Of a DNA stretch of 64,000 nt, positions 29,201 to 38,752 are shown piece by piece. The translations under genes were made by a program, and so were the position numbers. Every line of letters starts with the position of its first letter. Position 1 is the stretch's first letter. This DNA comes from a virus. Below the pieces are notes generated by a model, which saw nothing but the letters and a program-made list of their open reading frames with translations, was not told where the DNA came from and ran no database searches. Where the stretch lies: the IMG/VR virus record IMGVR_UViG_3300036770_008715, positions 76,074 to 140,073 of that record, one strand, 5' to 3'.

Positions 29201-30493
29201 GCCGTCAACAGTATCGATTCCTTGAGATTGATATCTCTTGAAATTTCTTATTCTAGCTGTTCCGATTTTGGTATTAGAATAAGAACCGAAATTTGCGCTA
29301 GTTCCTCCTCTAACTCCAGCAGCAACGCTTTGTGATGCTACGCAGTGCAGATCAACTTGATCGATATTGTTAATATCAAGAAATCCGCTCGGAGAAGTAT
29401 TACCAAATACTCTTTTTACTTGTACATAATTCCCATATGAGGTGTCGATACCAGCCTCAAACACCGTTCTTTCGTCTTCTGAGCTCCGAGGTTTATCGAC
29501 CTCTAGTTTTAATTTTCCAATTGTCTCAAATTCATATCCTTTGACATAAGCCTTGCCAGGTTCTATTTCTAATGTGAATTTAGAAACATCAGCTGAATTC
29601 GCTGTGCTGACTTTGAATGGTACAACAGTATAATCACCAGATTCATCATAAGTCCTTCTGGCTAACGTTTTTTCCAATTCACTGTATATTGGGTAACGAA
29701 TTTGTTTTGTTACGGCGCCATTCTCAACTCGCATTAATTCAAAAAACGAAGACTCGTCAACAGCTGTTGCTAATGGTCTTGTTGATAGGTTCAAGTTAAT
29801 CTGGTATCGATCTGATCCAGGTGCCTGATAATTAAATGAGTCTTGGGCTGGATCGAGAAGGGATGTATCGATTAGATGATCAACAATCTCATCAGAAATT
29901 TCAAGTCCAACTTTAACATTAGCATTTTGGCTGTATGCATCTAAAACAACGCTCTGAGACTGAACCTGTATGAAATACCCATCGACATAAAAAATACCAT
30001 CATTAATAAAAGCCGCAGAACCTTTTCCAGTTGCATTGCTTGCAATTAGTTTAGCCTGCTTATTAGTTCCTGCTATTGTGAAGATTTCTCCTTCTTGGAA
30101 CTCATTCCCAGTTAGATACTTAATCAGAAGCGTTGGCGTTCCACCAGAAGGGAAATATGCAGCAATAGTTTTTGCTTGGACTAGAGAGTCAGGAGACCTA
30201 ATAATTACCTTATCAACAAACTCATCAAGTTCAAGATCTTGGTTATTGAAAGTTTCTTCTAGCTTTATGTATGTTACAGAATTATCAAAACTGATATTCC
30301 CACCAATTACTGGACTTCCATCTTGAAAAACATGATCTGCAAAAGACTTAATTTGATTTTGCAGTAACGATTGAATTTGAGTTAATTCTCTGGCTTGTAC
30401 TGCATAACCAGGCCTGAATAATAATCTTAGATAATTATTCTCTTTGGCGTTCGAATCAAAATCGTCATAATATGGTTGTACGTTAAATTCCAT
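26252..30493 (-). CDS. VrlC/DUF4815-like baseplate structural protein, N-terminal part
   Basis: FNVQPYYDDFD...LFRPGYAVQARELTQIQSLLQNQI, APGSDRY, LARRTYDESGDY, GKAYVKGYE, RYTMKD...RI..VEYYTSL. Confidence 0.88.
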   Translation of the reverse strand: MEFNVQPYYDDFDSNAKENNYLRLLFRPGYAVQARELTQIQSLLQNQIKSFADHVFQDGSPVIGGNISFDNSVTYIKLEETFNNQDLELDEFVDKVIIRSPDSLVQAKTIAAYFPSGGTPTLLIKYLTGNEFQEGEIFTIAGTNKQAKLIASNATGKGSAAFINDGIFYVDGYFIQVQSQSVVLDAYSQNANVKVGLEISDEIVDHLIDTSLLDPAQDSFNYQAPGSDRYQINLNLSTRPLATAVDESSFFELMRVENGAVTKQIRYPIYSELEKTLARRTYDESGDYTVVPFKVSTANSADVSKFTLEIEPGKAYVKGYEFETIGKLKLEVDKPRSSEDERTVFEAGIDTSYGNYVQVKRVFGNTSPSGFLDINNIDQVDLHCVASQSVAAGVRGGTSANFGSYSNTKIGTARIRNFKRYQSQGIDTVDGANTSVLPSGDSNGTYNLYVTDIDIKPMLYKLSTGSTSNTIVLPTTAPSIDGAYTNMTITMMPFRLDVVANANVNISATRWIHRHGANTTNLRTRCNVGDTIRFNGETRIATKVTTTFIVADRPWSKAFTSGNLYGDRYLEKQLPITSNVVNQTRTITRYDGSSRTAYLDLPFDENSVPTQNAVVQINPKFKDVESFIKLDFSNMTTSNVTMSANVAQSSKNQLGDVWLKENDYKSLIFRLPQEYVQRSFGGSISLQNVDYYHNKYIQSISVVSNSFTIEPGGYLTSGSERIDWLPTNSNIEDNLIVVVRNKGTSTTVSNGEILRLNSNHVNLNGLGDGIIVDLSTNNLATGVSEVSAYVVVRQDNVETNIRRKTLVSNTSYTVSPLYTYPTGPDASWLDVQRAMGDVDPFSSTPQTVARIDANNGIVMLREIVTNIGPGDSLSLYVPDVLRVRRILKSNGDLWPSSTNYFDVTDHFTFDGGQKDEIYDHATITLKQGYPTPNAKLLIHLDYYKHSEDSSNTFFSVDSYTQEEYESGTIPIHYSRKYGRFNLRDSIDFRPTRKIGDPSGSIISGKISDPDSIVVATFKYWLSRIDKLVLTKTKEFKILKGTSAVAPVPPDDDSDSMTLYTIYLPPYVHRISDIGLKYNEAKRYTMKDLAALDKRIQRVEYYTSLNNIENRTLADPAFYNDNTKKEKYGLVGESFQNYDIADYKNRDFSVSKTAKGITAKTKTRIYDIRPYSLTNTKRNGKTLSLAFTEQAAISQPLASNTAVSVQPFLFASFIGNISLSPEIDYWVSEELRPEIIKAPAEVFRETRIQEVVREIVTQVKTTETIIVIPSANTNTQTQPEGPGTDAGTGNPVDVINLPNDVIIPITTDDPRNPDPVVAVPPSSNDDPEIITTTPPNEWTGIDESLLNGIIFPMPILDFGAGFLPWMPTNEFQMFVPSTGTATTINYDQVAYTEPTYAPPSGGGGIDRDVTGRFK

Positions 30494-30504
30494 TGCTTAA
30501 CCCT

Positions 30505-32349
30505 TTAGAACGAAAATACCATTCTGATTTGTTCGGTTTGATTTACATTCCTAATAATAGGCAATCTATTCTCAATATATAGCGTATCCCCAGAGAAGAT
30601 ATCTATTTCTGGGTTTGTCACAGAAAGAATAGCGCCAGCTGCAGCACTAGAAGCTCCTTTTAACTCAGATCCAATAGCATTAGATATGTCACCATCAACA
30701 TTAATAATGTATAACAAGTTCTGAGAAACGTCAAACGATGCAACCGTTCCAGTTAAAGTTGCATTTTCTAGCGAATTTCCAATATAAACAGTCTCGTCGT
30801 TGGAATAGTTCGAGCTACCTGGATCTGAAACATTAATTTTATAGGATGAGATATATGTTTCTCCAGAAGAAAATATGCCATTAGCAAACAATGGATCCCT
30901 TATTAACGAAATCTGTCTAAAATCGAAATTGCCGCCATACGCAGCTCCAGAAACTGGAATTTTATTATCATCTGTATTTAGTTCAACAGAAATCATAAAT
31001 GTGTAGCATCCAAGTTCTTTTGCTGGATTAGAACCATGTCCACCAGGAGGCCCAATTACAACATCAAATGAAGCTGATGTTCCTTCAGCTAATTGGAATG
31101 GGTCGGATATTGTAACGTTGGCTTTCGTATAATCTCGACCGCCAGATAATATGTTTAATTCAGTTATTTGTCCAGATTCAACTTGAGCAGTAGCAGTAGC
31201 ACCAGTACCATCTCCAGTTATGGTGACAATTGGATATGACGCATTATTTCCACTTTGACCGTTTAGGTAATATCCTGATCCTTGGTTCGTAACGTCAATA
31301 ACATCAATCCTACCATCAACAGAAGAACCTAAAACTGAATTATCAGTTACAACAGGCATCCATTTGGAGGTGAAGAATTTTTGTTTTAGTCCATATGGTA
31401 TAGTATAGAGATACTTCCATTTATAAAGATCTCCAGTTTCAATATATGGATCTTCTGGTAGCTGACCGTCAATATCAATTGTTGGTTCTATTGTAGAAAC
31501 AATCAGATTATCATTTTGGTCTTTTGGGGTATACAAACATTTAAATACTTGATCTCTACTATTTCTTGCAAAGAAATTATTTGCAAACAGAGGATACCTG
31601 TTAACTAGTTTTATTGTTTGGCCTTCAGTTTGAGAAGTTGAAATTTTAGTGTTTACAACAAAAGCATAATTCCCTTTAACTTCCACAACTTCTTTTTGTT
31701 CTCCAGAAATCGAAACAACTACCCCAACATCAACATTTCCCAGAAAAAGTCCAGCTGTATTCTTGACTATTCTGTTATTTGAGACTGCAATAATTGTATT
31801 AGATATACCAGAAAATATAAAATTAGAATTTACAGTTAGATTGGTATTATCTGTAATGGTAACTACTGATCTTGTTTGATTATTTACTGTAACTAAATCA
31901 CCAATTAATAATGCTGTAGTAAATGTAGTGTCAACTCCACTAACAGTCGAAGACCCCGAAGTCACATTAACTGTGCCAGAAATAGTTACATTTGAATTGG
32001 CAATAGAATTGCCTATAAAAATTTCTTTTTCGTGTTCGAACATTTCTAAGTGGTCGTTATATTGTTCATAAACTAAACCAGAAACCCAATCGTTCCTAGG
32101 AACAACTAATGCAATATCTGATGGTGCAACTTTTTTCAAAACCATCATATTTCTTCTAGATTCATCGATATAGTTGGTTGATAGAAATACTTCTCCAACT
32201 TCTTCTTGAGTTTCAGAAGATGCGTTGTCACCCCAAAACAATGGCCTACCAATAGAAACGTAAGTATTCGATCCAACAGTTAAAATAGAATTCTTCATAA
32301 ACTGAACAATTTCATATTTTAGTAAGTTGGTTTTATTAAATTTCATCAT
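30505..32349 (-). CDS. gp8: Baseplate wedge subunit
   Basis: IGRP..W, VVPRNDW..G..Y, VFKCL, D.YKWKYLYTI, P.GGHGSN...ELG, DFRQI.L..DP, GD.LYIENR.PI.R...QTE. Confidence 0.85.
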   Translation of the reverse strand: MMKFNKTNLLKYEIVQFMKNSILTVGSNTYVSIGRPLFWGDNASSETQEEVGEVFLSTNYIDESRRNMMVLKKVAPSDIALVVPRNDWVSGLVYEQYNDHLEMFEHEKEIFIGNSIANSNVTISGTVNVTSGSSTVSGVDTTFTTALLIGDLVTVNNQTRSVVTITDNTNLTVNSNFIFSGISNTIIAVSNNRIVKNTAGLFLGNVDVGVVVSISGEQKEVVEVKGNYAFVVNTKISTSQTEGQTIKLVNRYPLFANNFFARNSRDQVFKCLYTPKDQNDNLIVSTIEPTIDIDGQLPEDPYIETGDLYKWKYLYTIPYGLKQKFFTSKWMPVVTDNSVLGSSVDGRIDVIDVTNQGSGYYLNGQSGNNASYPIVTITGDGTGATATAQVESGQITELNILSGGRDYTKANVTISDPFQLAEGTSASFDVVIGPPGGHGSNPAKELGCYTFMISVELNTDDNKIPVSGAAYGGNFDFRQISLIRDPLFANGIFSSGETYISSYKINVSDPGSSNYSNDETVYIGNSLENATLTGTVASFDVSQNLLYIINVDGDISNAIGSELKGASSAAAGAILSVTNPEIDIFSGDTLYIENRLPIIRNVNQTEQIRMVFSF

Positions 32350-32353
32350 TTAT

Positions 32354-35300
32354 TTAACTCGTTAAAATAATTGAGTATGGATAGTCTTTAGTATCGTATT
32401 TCGGAACAACGAAATAAACCAAATTAGATATTGTATTTGTTGCAACGAAATCAATATTAGTTGTAATTGTCGATTGGTCAATTGCAATAACATTTGCATC
32501 AACTACATTCAACCTTTTATATAAAAATTCTCCATTTGAAGTTGTTGTAAATGCCGTATTGACTATCAATGCAGTCCCGTTCACATTAACTACAGTCCTA
32601 TATTGATTATTTATCATAATAACATCATCTTTTTTAACCACCACATTCAGCACAACTGTACCTCTAGCATTAGCAATAGATGATCCTGAAACTATGTTCA
32701 TAGACAAATTCCCACCAGTCACCTGTAATTGTCTCGGAAACTCATTAATTGAGGCTACATTAATTTTTATAGTGTCTCCAACAGAAACGGAATTAGCAAC
32801 AATATCTTGATTATCTGATACGCTTAGTGCGGTGGTCTGTAGTTTATCAATCCACTGTGAAGTTGTAGTATATGAGAATGGTGCGTTAGTCTCAGCATAA
32901 TTAGTTTCTAGTCGAATGATCCTTCTTATTTCATTATTAACTGATACTATATCATTAACCTTAAATGCAGTGGCTATCGCATCTCCAGAATTGCGATATA
33001 GGTATCTTGTTGCAACAGAACTGTTGGCTTTAAAATAGGTTGCAAAATTATTCTTAGAACTAAACTCACTGTCAACTATGATATATTCTGGTGACAATAT
33101 TTGAGTAATTTTTCTCTCTTCGTTATTAGTATACAATATATCATTAACTGTAAATGTTAGCAGGTTAGAAGAAAGTTTTCTTATCTTAACATTTGTTGAA
33201 TTTGCAGAAAAATTACTATTAACTGTCAATTCAGTATTTGATGTGTTTGCAACAACAACTCTAATTTCATTGTTAACCGAAATTAGATCTCCGACTAATA
33301 TATTATCCAGGAATATTGTATTAACTCCTGAAACTGTAGCATTTATACTATAAACAGAAACAATACCATTTAATAGCGTGTTTGTAGAAAACACCCGAGT
33401 ATTTAAATCTGAAACTCTAATTAAACCAGATCTTGGCTCATATCTACCATAGACATATCCTTCCAATCCAGAGTTAGCGATATTCTGAGATTGAGAGTTA
33501 ATATATCCTTGGCCAGTCATAATGAAATTGCCCTCAACATTCAAGCTGGTAGGACTAGTCACAGCTGTAACAACCTTGGAGAATGATCTGCCTGGTGCTG
33601 TTTGATCTATTAGGTTAATCAAATTACCAACAAGGTTGGCTGTAAATGTAGTAGAATTGCCAGTAACAACATTAGATAATGCATTGGCAACCTGTATATT
33701 TGATGTTGTTGATATTGGAGGAAGTATGTATACATATGGATCAATAGCAATACCATCATTTTCAGTATCAACATAAGATATAGTTTTAGACAACATCGAT
33801 GTGCCAATTGGATGAACTGTATCTTTGATTATATTCTCATAATCGACTAAAGATTTTTCAGATTGTATCACATATGAATAATTATGGTATGTTTTGGAAT
33901 CTTGTATCTTTTTATCTGCGCTCAAGAAACCATCTGTATTAACATAAAAGCCGTCAAATTTGATTAGTCCATTGAAGAACTCAGCTACAGCTTTAGCCTT
34001 ACCGTTTCCATAAAATACAGGATTTCCTAATGTTGCTCCTGCAGGATATTGATCTGGTACAGGAACTGTCGCAGTTGGGCTTATAGTTACTGTTGCGAGA
34101 TACTGTTCTGTTTCTATGTCATCAGTTATAACTGTTTTTCCAACTTTTATTGTATTAAATCTGTCAAAATTTCCTGAGTAATTAAAAGTTCTCAGTAAAC
34201 CATTCGAAGAATCATATTTCTTAATTATTGAGTAGAAAGATGGGAAATCAATATCGCCTTGATAGATATAATTACCTTCTGCTAAGTTCGGTATATCTAT
34301 TTCTGGGATAGGAATAATCATAATATCTAATACTTTAAGAGAAACTAGAGGAATAGAAATATAATCATAGCCTCTATTTGTCAATTTTATACTTTTAATT
34401 CTACCGATAGCTCCAGTATCAATTGCATATTCAACTCCATCATTAAATTCATATGCAGTTAATGTTGCACCAGAACCTCCAGATGTAACTATCGAAATAT
34501 TTTTATCTATGTAATATCCTTCTCCTCTGTCAATTATATTTGTTGAAACTATTGTTCCATTAGCCCCCACATTAACATTGCCAACAAACCCATAACCTCT
34601 TCCTGTTATTATAATTTGATCTCCGTTAGCATAACCACTTCCGCCGTTATCGATATAGATGTGGGATATTTTACCATAGTTTTTCACAGATTGTCTTGTT
34701 GCAACATAATCTGGATCAGTTCTTGAAGAACCAATTAACTCAGCTTCCGACCAATAAGTGTCATGATAAGATGATATTTCAACTCTCGGAGTCGATCTAA
34801 ACCCATAGCCTCCATTTAGAATAGTAAATAGTTGCACTCCACCAGTCTCTAAAATCTCGTAATTCAAAGTTTGTTTTATTTGAGAATTTGCATTTGCTGG
34901 AACTTCAGCATTAACAACAGAGTTAACGTTTATAACTGAACCAACGTTTGGAACAAATAGTTTATTAGTTCCAACTAAAAATCCAGTTGTTGTTAATGCT
35001 CTTGTATTTGCAACAGAATATAACACTATATTTGTTGCAGTATCTGCAATTAAATTTGTTGTACTTAATATTCTTCCAATAAAATTTGCTGATGATAAAG
35101 ATACACCGTTGGCATAAACATAATCGCCTTCAAATAGAGTTAGATTCTGATTTTCCGTAACGTTTAAAACAACGTTTCTATTATTTTGAGTGAATAAAGA
35201 ATAATTCGTCGCTCCAATACCAACACTCTTAATATATTCTATTGGCATTTTATCTACAGGCAAATACTCTAAAAATGAAGATTGGCTCGATCCACTAACA

Positions 35301-36292
35301 TTAGCAAGTTCTAGGGCGGAAACTAATATAGAAGTGCTTAGGTTAGAATTAGGATCATCTACTCCAATAGTTCTTAATACAGTAACAACAGAGTTTGGTT
35401 CTGTTCTATACCCGTATCCTGGGAAATTTATGTTTATACCTTCAATAGAACCAGAGGTAACATCTTCAACATAAGCAACTGCATCTCTGGCTTGAGGTGT
35501 ATTATCTAAACCACCAAAAACAACTATTGGGTCTCCGACGTTATAGAGCAACCCTCTTCTTTTTTGTTGAGGGTCTGTAATTATATTCGAGTCAACTTTT
35601 ATATTGGAAAGGGATCCGATAATTTTTTCTTTAAATGGATTCTCGGCAGTGTATCCCTCGACATTTTGAATTATCAGAAACTCCCCATTAATAAAGTCTT
35701 TAACAACGTTAGACACATAGATTTCTAATACTTCATTTCCAAAATTTTTGTCTACTGTTTTATTGGCAGATTCAATAACGCAGGTGGCTGTTGAGATCGA
35801 TCCTTCCCCTTTCAATTTTTCTAGAAGGTTTGGATCAATATCTTCGTTTTCAGTACTCAGCGTTATTCTAAACGCCAAAGGAAGTTTCCATTTCCCATCT
35901 GAAACTTTTAATATTTGTTTTTTGGGGTAGAACAGCTCGACTTCCTGGTCGAACAATACTCTAAACAACCACTTAACAGATTCCTCACTACCCTTCCTAG
36001 CATAAAATTCTCTAGACCTTTTTAAGATTTTAACCACATCTAATGCAGTTTTTTCTGGGAAATTTGGCAGAAATTCTTCTTTGAAAAGCCTGATAAATGG
36101 ATCTAGAGTCTCATCGATATCACGATAAGAATCCGAATTCATTATATGGAATACAGTATTACCCCCTTCAGGATCTTCAAGCCACTTATAATAATATTCA
36201 ATAAACAGCTTAAACTGTGGGTGATCTGCATTAACAAAATCTGGTAATTGCCTTTTTACTAAACTCGATATTGTTTTATGAATTGTACTCAT
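32354..36292 (-). CDS. gp7: Baseplate wedge initiator
   Basis: QLPDFV...F..F...YY.WLE, FY.RKGSEES...LFR.LF, ILK.SDGKW, GFLS...KIQDS..YHNYSYVI.S...VHPIG; lies between gp6 and gp8. Confidence 0.85.
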   Translation of the reverse strand: MSTIHKTISSLVKRQLPDFVNADHPQFKLFIEYYYKWLEDPEGGNTVFHIMNSDSYRDIDETLDPFIRLFKEEFLPNFPEKTALDVVKILKRSREFYARKGSEESVKWLFRVLFDQEVELFYPKKQILKVSDGKWKLPLAFRITLSTENEDIDPNLLEKLKGEGSISTATCVIESANKTVDKNFGNEVLEIYVSNVVKDFINGEFLIIQNVEGYTAENPFKEKIIGSLSNIKVDSNIITDPQQKRRGLLYNVGDPIVVFGGLDNTPQARDAVAYVEDVTSGSIEGININFPGYGYRTEPNSVVTVLRTIGVDDPNSNLSTSILVSALELANVSGSSQSSFLEYLPVDKMPIEYIKSVGIGATNYSLFTQNNRNVVLNVTENQNLTLFEGDYVYANGVSLSSANFIGRILSTTNLIADTATNIVLYSVANTRALTTTGFLVGTNKLFVPNVGSVINVNSVVNAEVPANANSQIKQTLNYEILETGGVQLFTILNGGYGFRSTPRVEISSYHDTYWSEAELIGSSRTDPDYVATRQSVKNYGKISHIYIDNGGSGYANGDQIIITGRGYGFVGNVNVGANGTIVSTNIIDRGEGYYIDKNISIVTSGGSGATLTAYEFNDGVEYAIDTGAIGRIKSIKLTNRGYDYISIPLVSLKVLDIMIIPIPEIDIPNLAEGNYIYQGDIDFPSFYSIIKKYDSSNGLLRTFNYSGNFDRFNTIKVGKTVITDDIETEQYLATVTISPTATVPVPDQYPAGATLGNPVFYGNGKAKAVAEFFNGLIKFDGFYVNTDGFLSADKKIQDSKTYHNYSYVIQSEKSLVDYENIIKDTVHPIGTSMLSKTISYVDTENDGIAIDPYVYILPPISTTSNIQVANALSNVVTGNSTTFTANLVGNLINLIDQTAPGRSFSKVVTAVTSPTSLNVEGNFIMTGQGYINSQSQNIANSGLEGYVYGRYEPRSGLIRVSDLNTRVFSTNTLLNGIVSVYSINATVSGVNTIFLDNILVGDLISVNNEIRVVVANTSNTELTVNSNFSANSTNVKIRKLSSNLLTFTVNDILYTNNEERKITQILSPEYIIVDSEFSSKNNFATYFKANSSVATRYLYRNSGDAIATAFKVNDIVSVNNEIRRIIRLETNYAETNAPFSYTTTSQWIDKLQTTALSVSDNQDIVANSVSVGDTIKINVASINEFPRQLQVTGGNLSMNIVSGSSIANARGTVVLNVVVKKDDVIMINNQYRTVVNVNGTALIVNTAFTTTSNGEFLYKRLNVVDANVIAIDQSTITTNIDFVATNTISNLVYFVVPKYDTKDYPYSIILTS

Positions 36293-38359
36293 TTAACTTT
36301 CCGAGTTACTAACCTGAACTTCAATAGCAGTAGGATCAGTATTATCTAGGGTTAGAATACAATTCCTTTTTGTTGAGAACGCATTAGTTGCAGGAAAAGA
36401 CTTTAATGTCATTGTTCCATATGCATCATTGACTGAAATTGGTTTAAAGTTCAATAATTCTACTCTACCTTCATCATAGTATATGATTCCAGCTTCATTA
36501 TTCAATATAGTCTTGATTAAATTACTATCATAATAGTATGATCTAATTTTTCCTATTTTACCTTCCATAATTGCTATAGCTCTGGCGCCTACGCCACCGC
36601 CGCCAGTAATCGTTACGATTGCAGAAGTGTACCCAGAACCATTTTTGGTAATTCGAATAGATCTTATTGTCCCATTGACAATAATTGCTGCGGCTTCGGC
36701 ACCTTCTCCATCGCCATTGATTGTTATATCTGGAATATCAGTATAGCCAGAACCTGGGTTAGTAATTTCAATCGACTCAACGCCAGAGAATGATTGAGGA
36801 ATTTCTTCTAGATACGATTCGCGTTCAATGTTCAAATCATCTAGAAGCACAAAAGATGGCTGACTAGTCAATCTTTGTATTGAAGTTCCACGAAGTAATG
36901 GAACATTAAAATCTATAGTATAGTTGGCAGCCTGACCCAATTTGGGCCTAAACCGTTTTTCAATGAAGACATCAAGTAAATTATTTTGAATTGATGGGTC
37001 AGCATCATCAATAGCTCTAATCAATCGAGATATTTTAAAAGAACCATTGAATGTATTAAAATATTGATTGCTAAAGTTGATTATAGCATTATATACTACT
37101 GTTTGGATTTCTCCAGCGGTTCTGCTGGTTTTCCGTTGGTCATATGTTACAAATGATTTAAACACCAAATAGTTGTAGTCTGCTGGAACGTATTCTGGCG
37201 TCACTGTTAATATGCTGATAGGAGAAAGGACTTCTTCTTTGACATATTCTATTTCAGTTTGAGTGATCTCATAATTTCCGCGAGGTTTGGCTGAAAAGAA
37301 TATCTTTCCATATTGCGGTGGGTTATTCTCTTCTCCGCCCCAAACAGTAACAGAATCAAAATAAGGGTAGTTCTTATTTAAAAGTGCAATATAATCATTC
37401 TTGGTCACAGCTCTGTTTTGGGCGATGTATGACTTAGGAGCTACAAATTTGATAGAATCAATGTCCTCTTCTTTTTTACCTGAAAAAGACTCAGACTTAA
37501 CTGTAATTGTTACAGGAGAACCTGGTTTGATATTATCAGCTAATCTGAAAGATCTAATGCCATTAGCATCTGTACCAGAAGTCACAATGTATGTGACAAT
37601 AACAATATTACCGTCAACTAATGCTTTTCCTATAATATTATCACCAAAATATATCTGGTATTTTCCATTTCTATTCTCTTCAAGATAATAGACGGCAGCA
37701 TCTGTAGAAACTTGAGTAGATAAATCAGTTACAAGTTCGAATCTTTCTAGCGTCGCATTTAATGCTGAAGTTTGAACCTGTACCTGAATGGTTGAGGTGT
37801 CGATGCCAATATCAGGTAATTCGAATACTTGTTTTGCATTTGTGGCTTGATTGAATACAAAGGTATATACCAGTGGTTGCCCTTCTTTAATTATTAAATC
37901 TGTAAAATTAAAATATCCTGCTGTGTTTCTACTCGCCACTCTTTGATCTACGTTAACAAACGTATAATTAATTCCATCTTTTGCTGATGTGGCAAATCGA
38001 GTGAATCTAGGTATTGTCATTGCGCTATTCGAGCCGCCAGGCACTTCTTGGAAAGAAACATCAACAAGTGCTTGTGATGCCACCCTAGATCTAGGAGTGT
38101 ATCCAAGAAGTTTTGCATGAGAAACTACTGAGGGTCTTGAAATGGCGCTGTCAATAAACATCTCATTAGCCACCATATTTAAATAGTAGCCCATATAATG
38201 TGTATTATAAGCCAGTACATCTAATAGAACAGAAAGCCCTGATCCTTCAAAATTATAGTCAGAAAACTCAGTTTGACTTTGTAGAAACGTCCTTAGATTT
38301 TGTTTGATTGTATCAAAATCTAGTTCAGATACTTTTAATTTAGCATCTATATTTGCCAT
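36293..38359 (-). CDS. gp6: Baseplate wedge subunit
   Basis: ELDFDTIK.NL..FL.SQ.EF.DYNFEGSGLS.LLDVLAYNTHY, AQNRAVT..DY, VWGGEEN.PP.YGK. Confidence 0.95.
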   Translation of the reverse strand: MANIDAKLKVSELDFDTIKQNLRTFLQSQTEFSDYNFEGSGLSVLLDVLAYNTHYMGYYLNMVANEMFIDSAISRPSVVSHAKLLGYTPRSRVASQALVDVSFQEVPGGSNSAMTIPRFTRFATSAKDGINYTFVNVDQRVASRNTAGYFNFTDLIIKEGQPLVYTFVFNQATNAKQVFELPDIGIDTSTIQVQVQTSALNATLERFELVTDLSTQVSTDAAVYYLEENRNGKYQIYFGDNIIGKALVDGNIVIVTYIVTSGTDANGIRSFRLADNIKPGSPVTITVKSESFSGKKEEDIDSIKFVAPKSYIAQNRAVTKNDYIALLNKNYPYFDSVTVWGGEENNPPQYGKIFFSAKPRGNYEITQTEIEYVKEEVLSPISILTVTPEYVPADYNYLVFKSFVTYDQRKTSRTAGEIQTVVYNAIINFSNQYFNTFNGSFKISRLIRAIDDADPSIQNNLLDVFIEKRFRPKLGQAANYTIDFNVPLLRGTSIQRLTSQPSFVLLDDLNIERESYLEEIPQSFSGVESIEITNPGSGYTDIPDITINGDGEGAEAAAIIVNGTIRSIRITKNGSGYTSAIVTITGGGGVGARAIAIMEGKIGKIRSYYYDSNLIKTILNNEAGIIYYDEGRVELLNFKPISVNDAYGTMTLKSFPATNAFSTKRNCILTLDNTDPTAIEVQVSNSES

Positions 38360-38752
38360 TTATCGTACTCTTTGTAAATAGAAACTAACATTTATTGGCT
38401 CTGGATCATTTTGAATGAAAAAAGTTAAAGATACCAGATAAGAATTTCTATCATAGTCTGGCTCGACTTCTATAGCTTCAATTGATACTCTTGGTTCATA
38501 ATTTTTAATTGTATTCCTAATATCATCAGCTATAGCATTAGTTGTAAAAGCATCTATCGGCTCAAATAAAAGCCTTCTTAAATTCGATCCAATTTGCGGT
38601 TGGAAAGGCCTCTCATAGAAATTAGTATATAGAAGGTTTCTAACCGAACCAATTATTGCATTAATATCTTTGTTTTTAGTAACATCACCAGTTACTGGAT
38701 GTGCAGTAAAATTTAAATCTAAATCTTTATATGTTCTTTTGGTTATTATCAT
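38360..38752 (-). CDS. gp25: Baseplate wedge subunit/sheath initiator
   Basis: YKDLDL.F..HPVT.D, SVRNL..T...ERPFQP.IGS, NYEPRV. Confidence 0.95.
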   Translation of the reverse strand: MIITKRTYKDLDLNFTAHPVTGDVTKNKDINAIIGSVRNLLYTNFYERPFQPQIGSNLRRLLFEPIDAFTTNAIADDIRNTIKNYEPRVSIEAIEVEPDYDRNSYLVSLTFFIQNDPEPINVSFYLQRVR

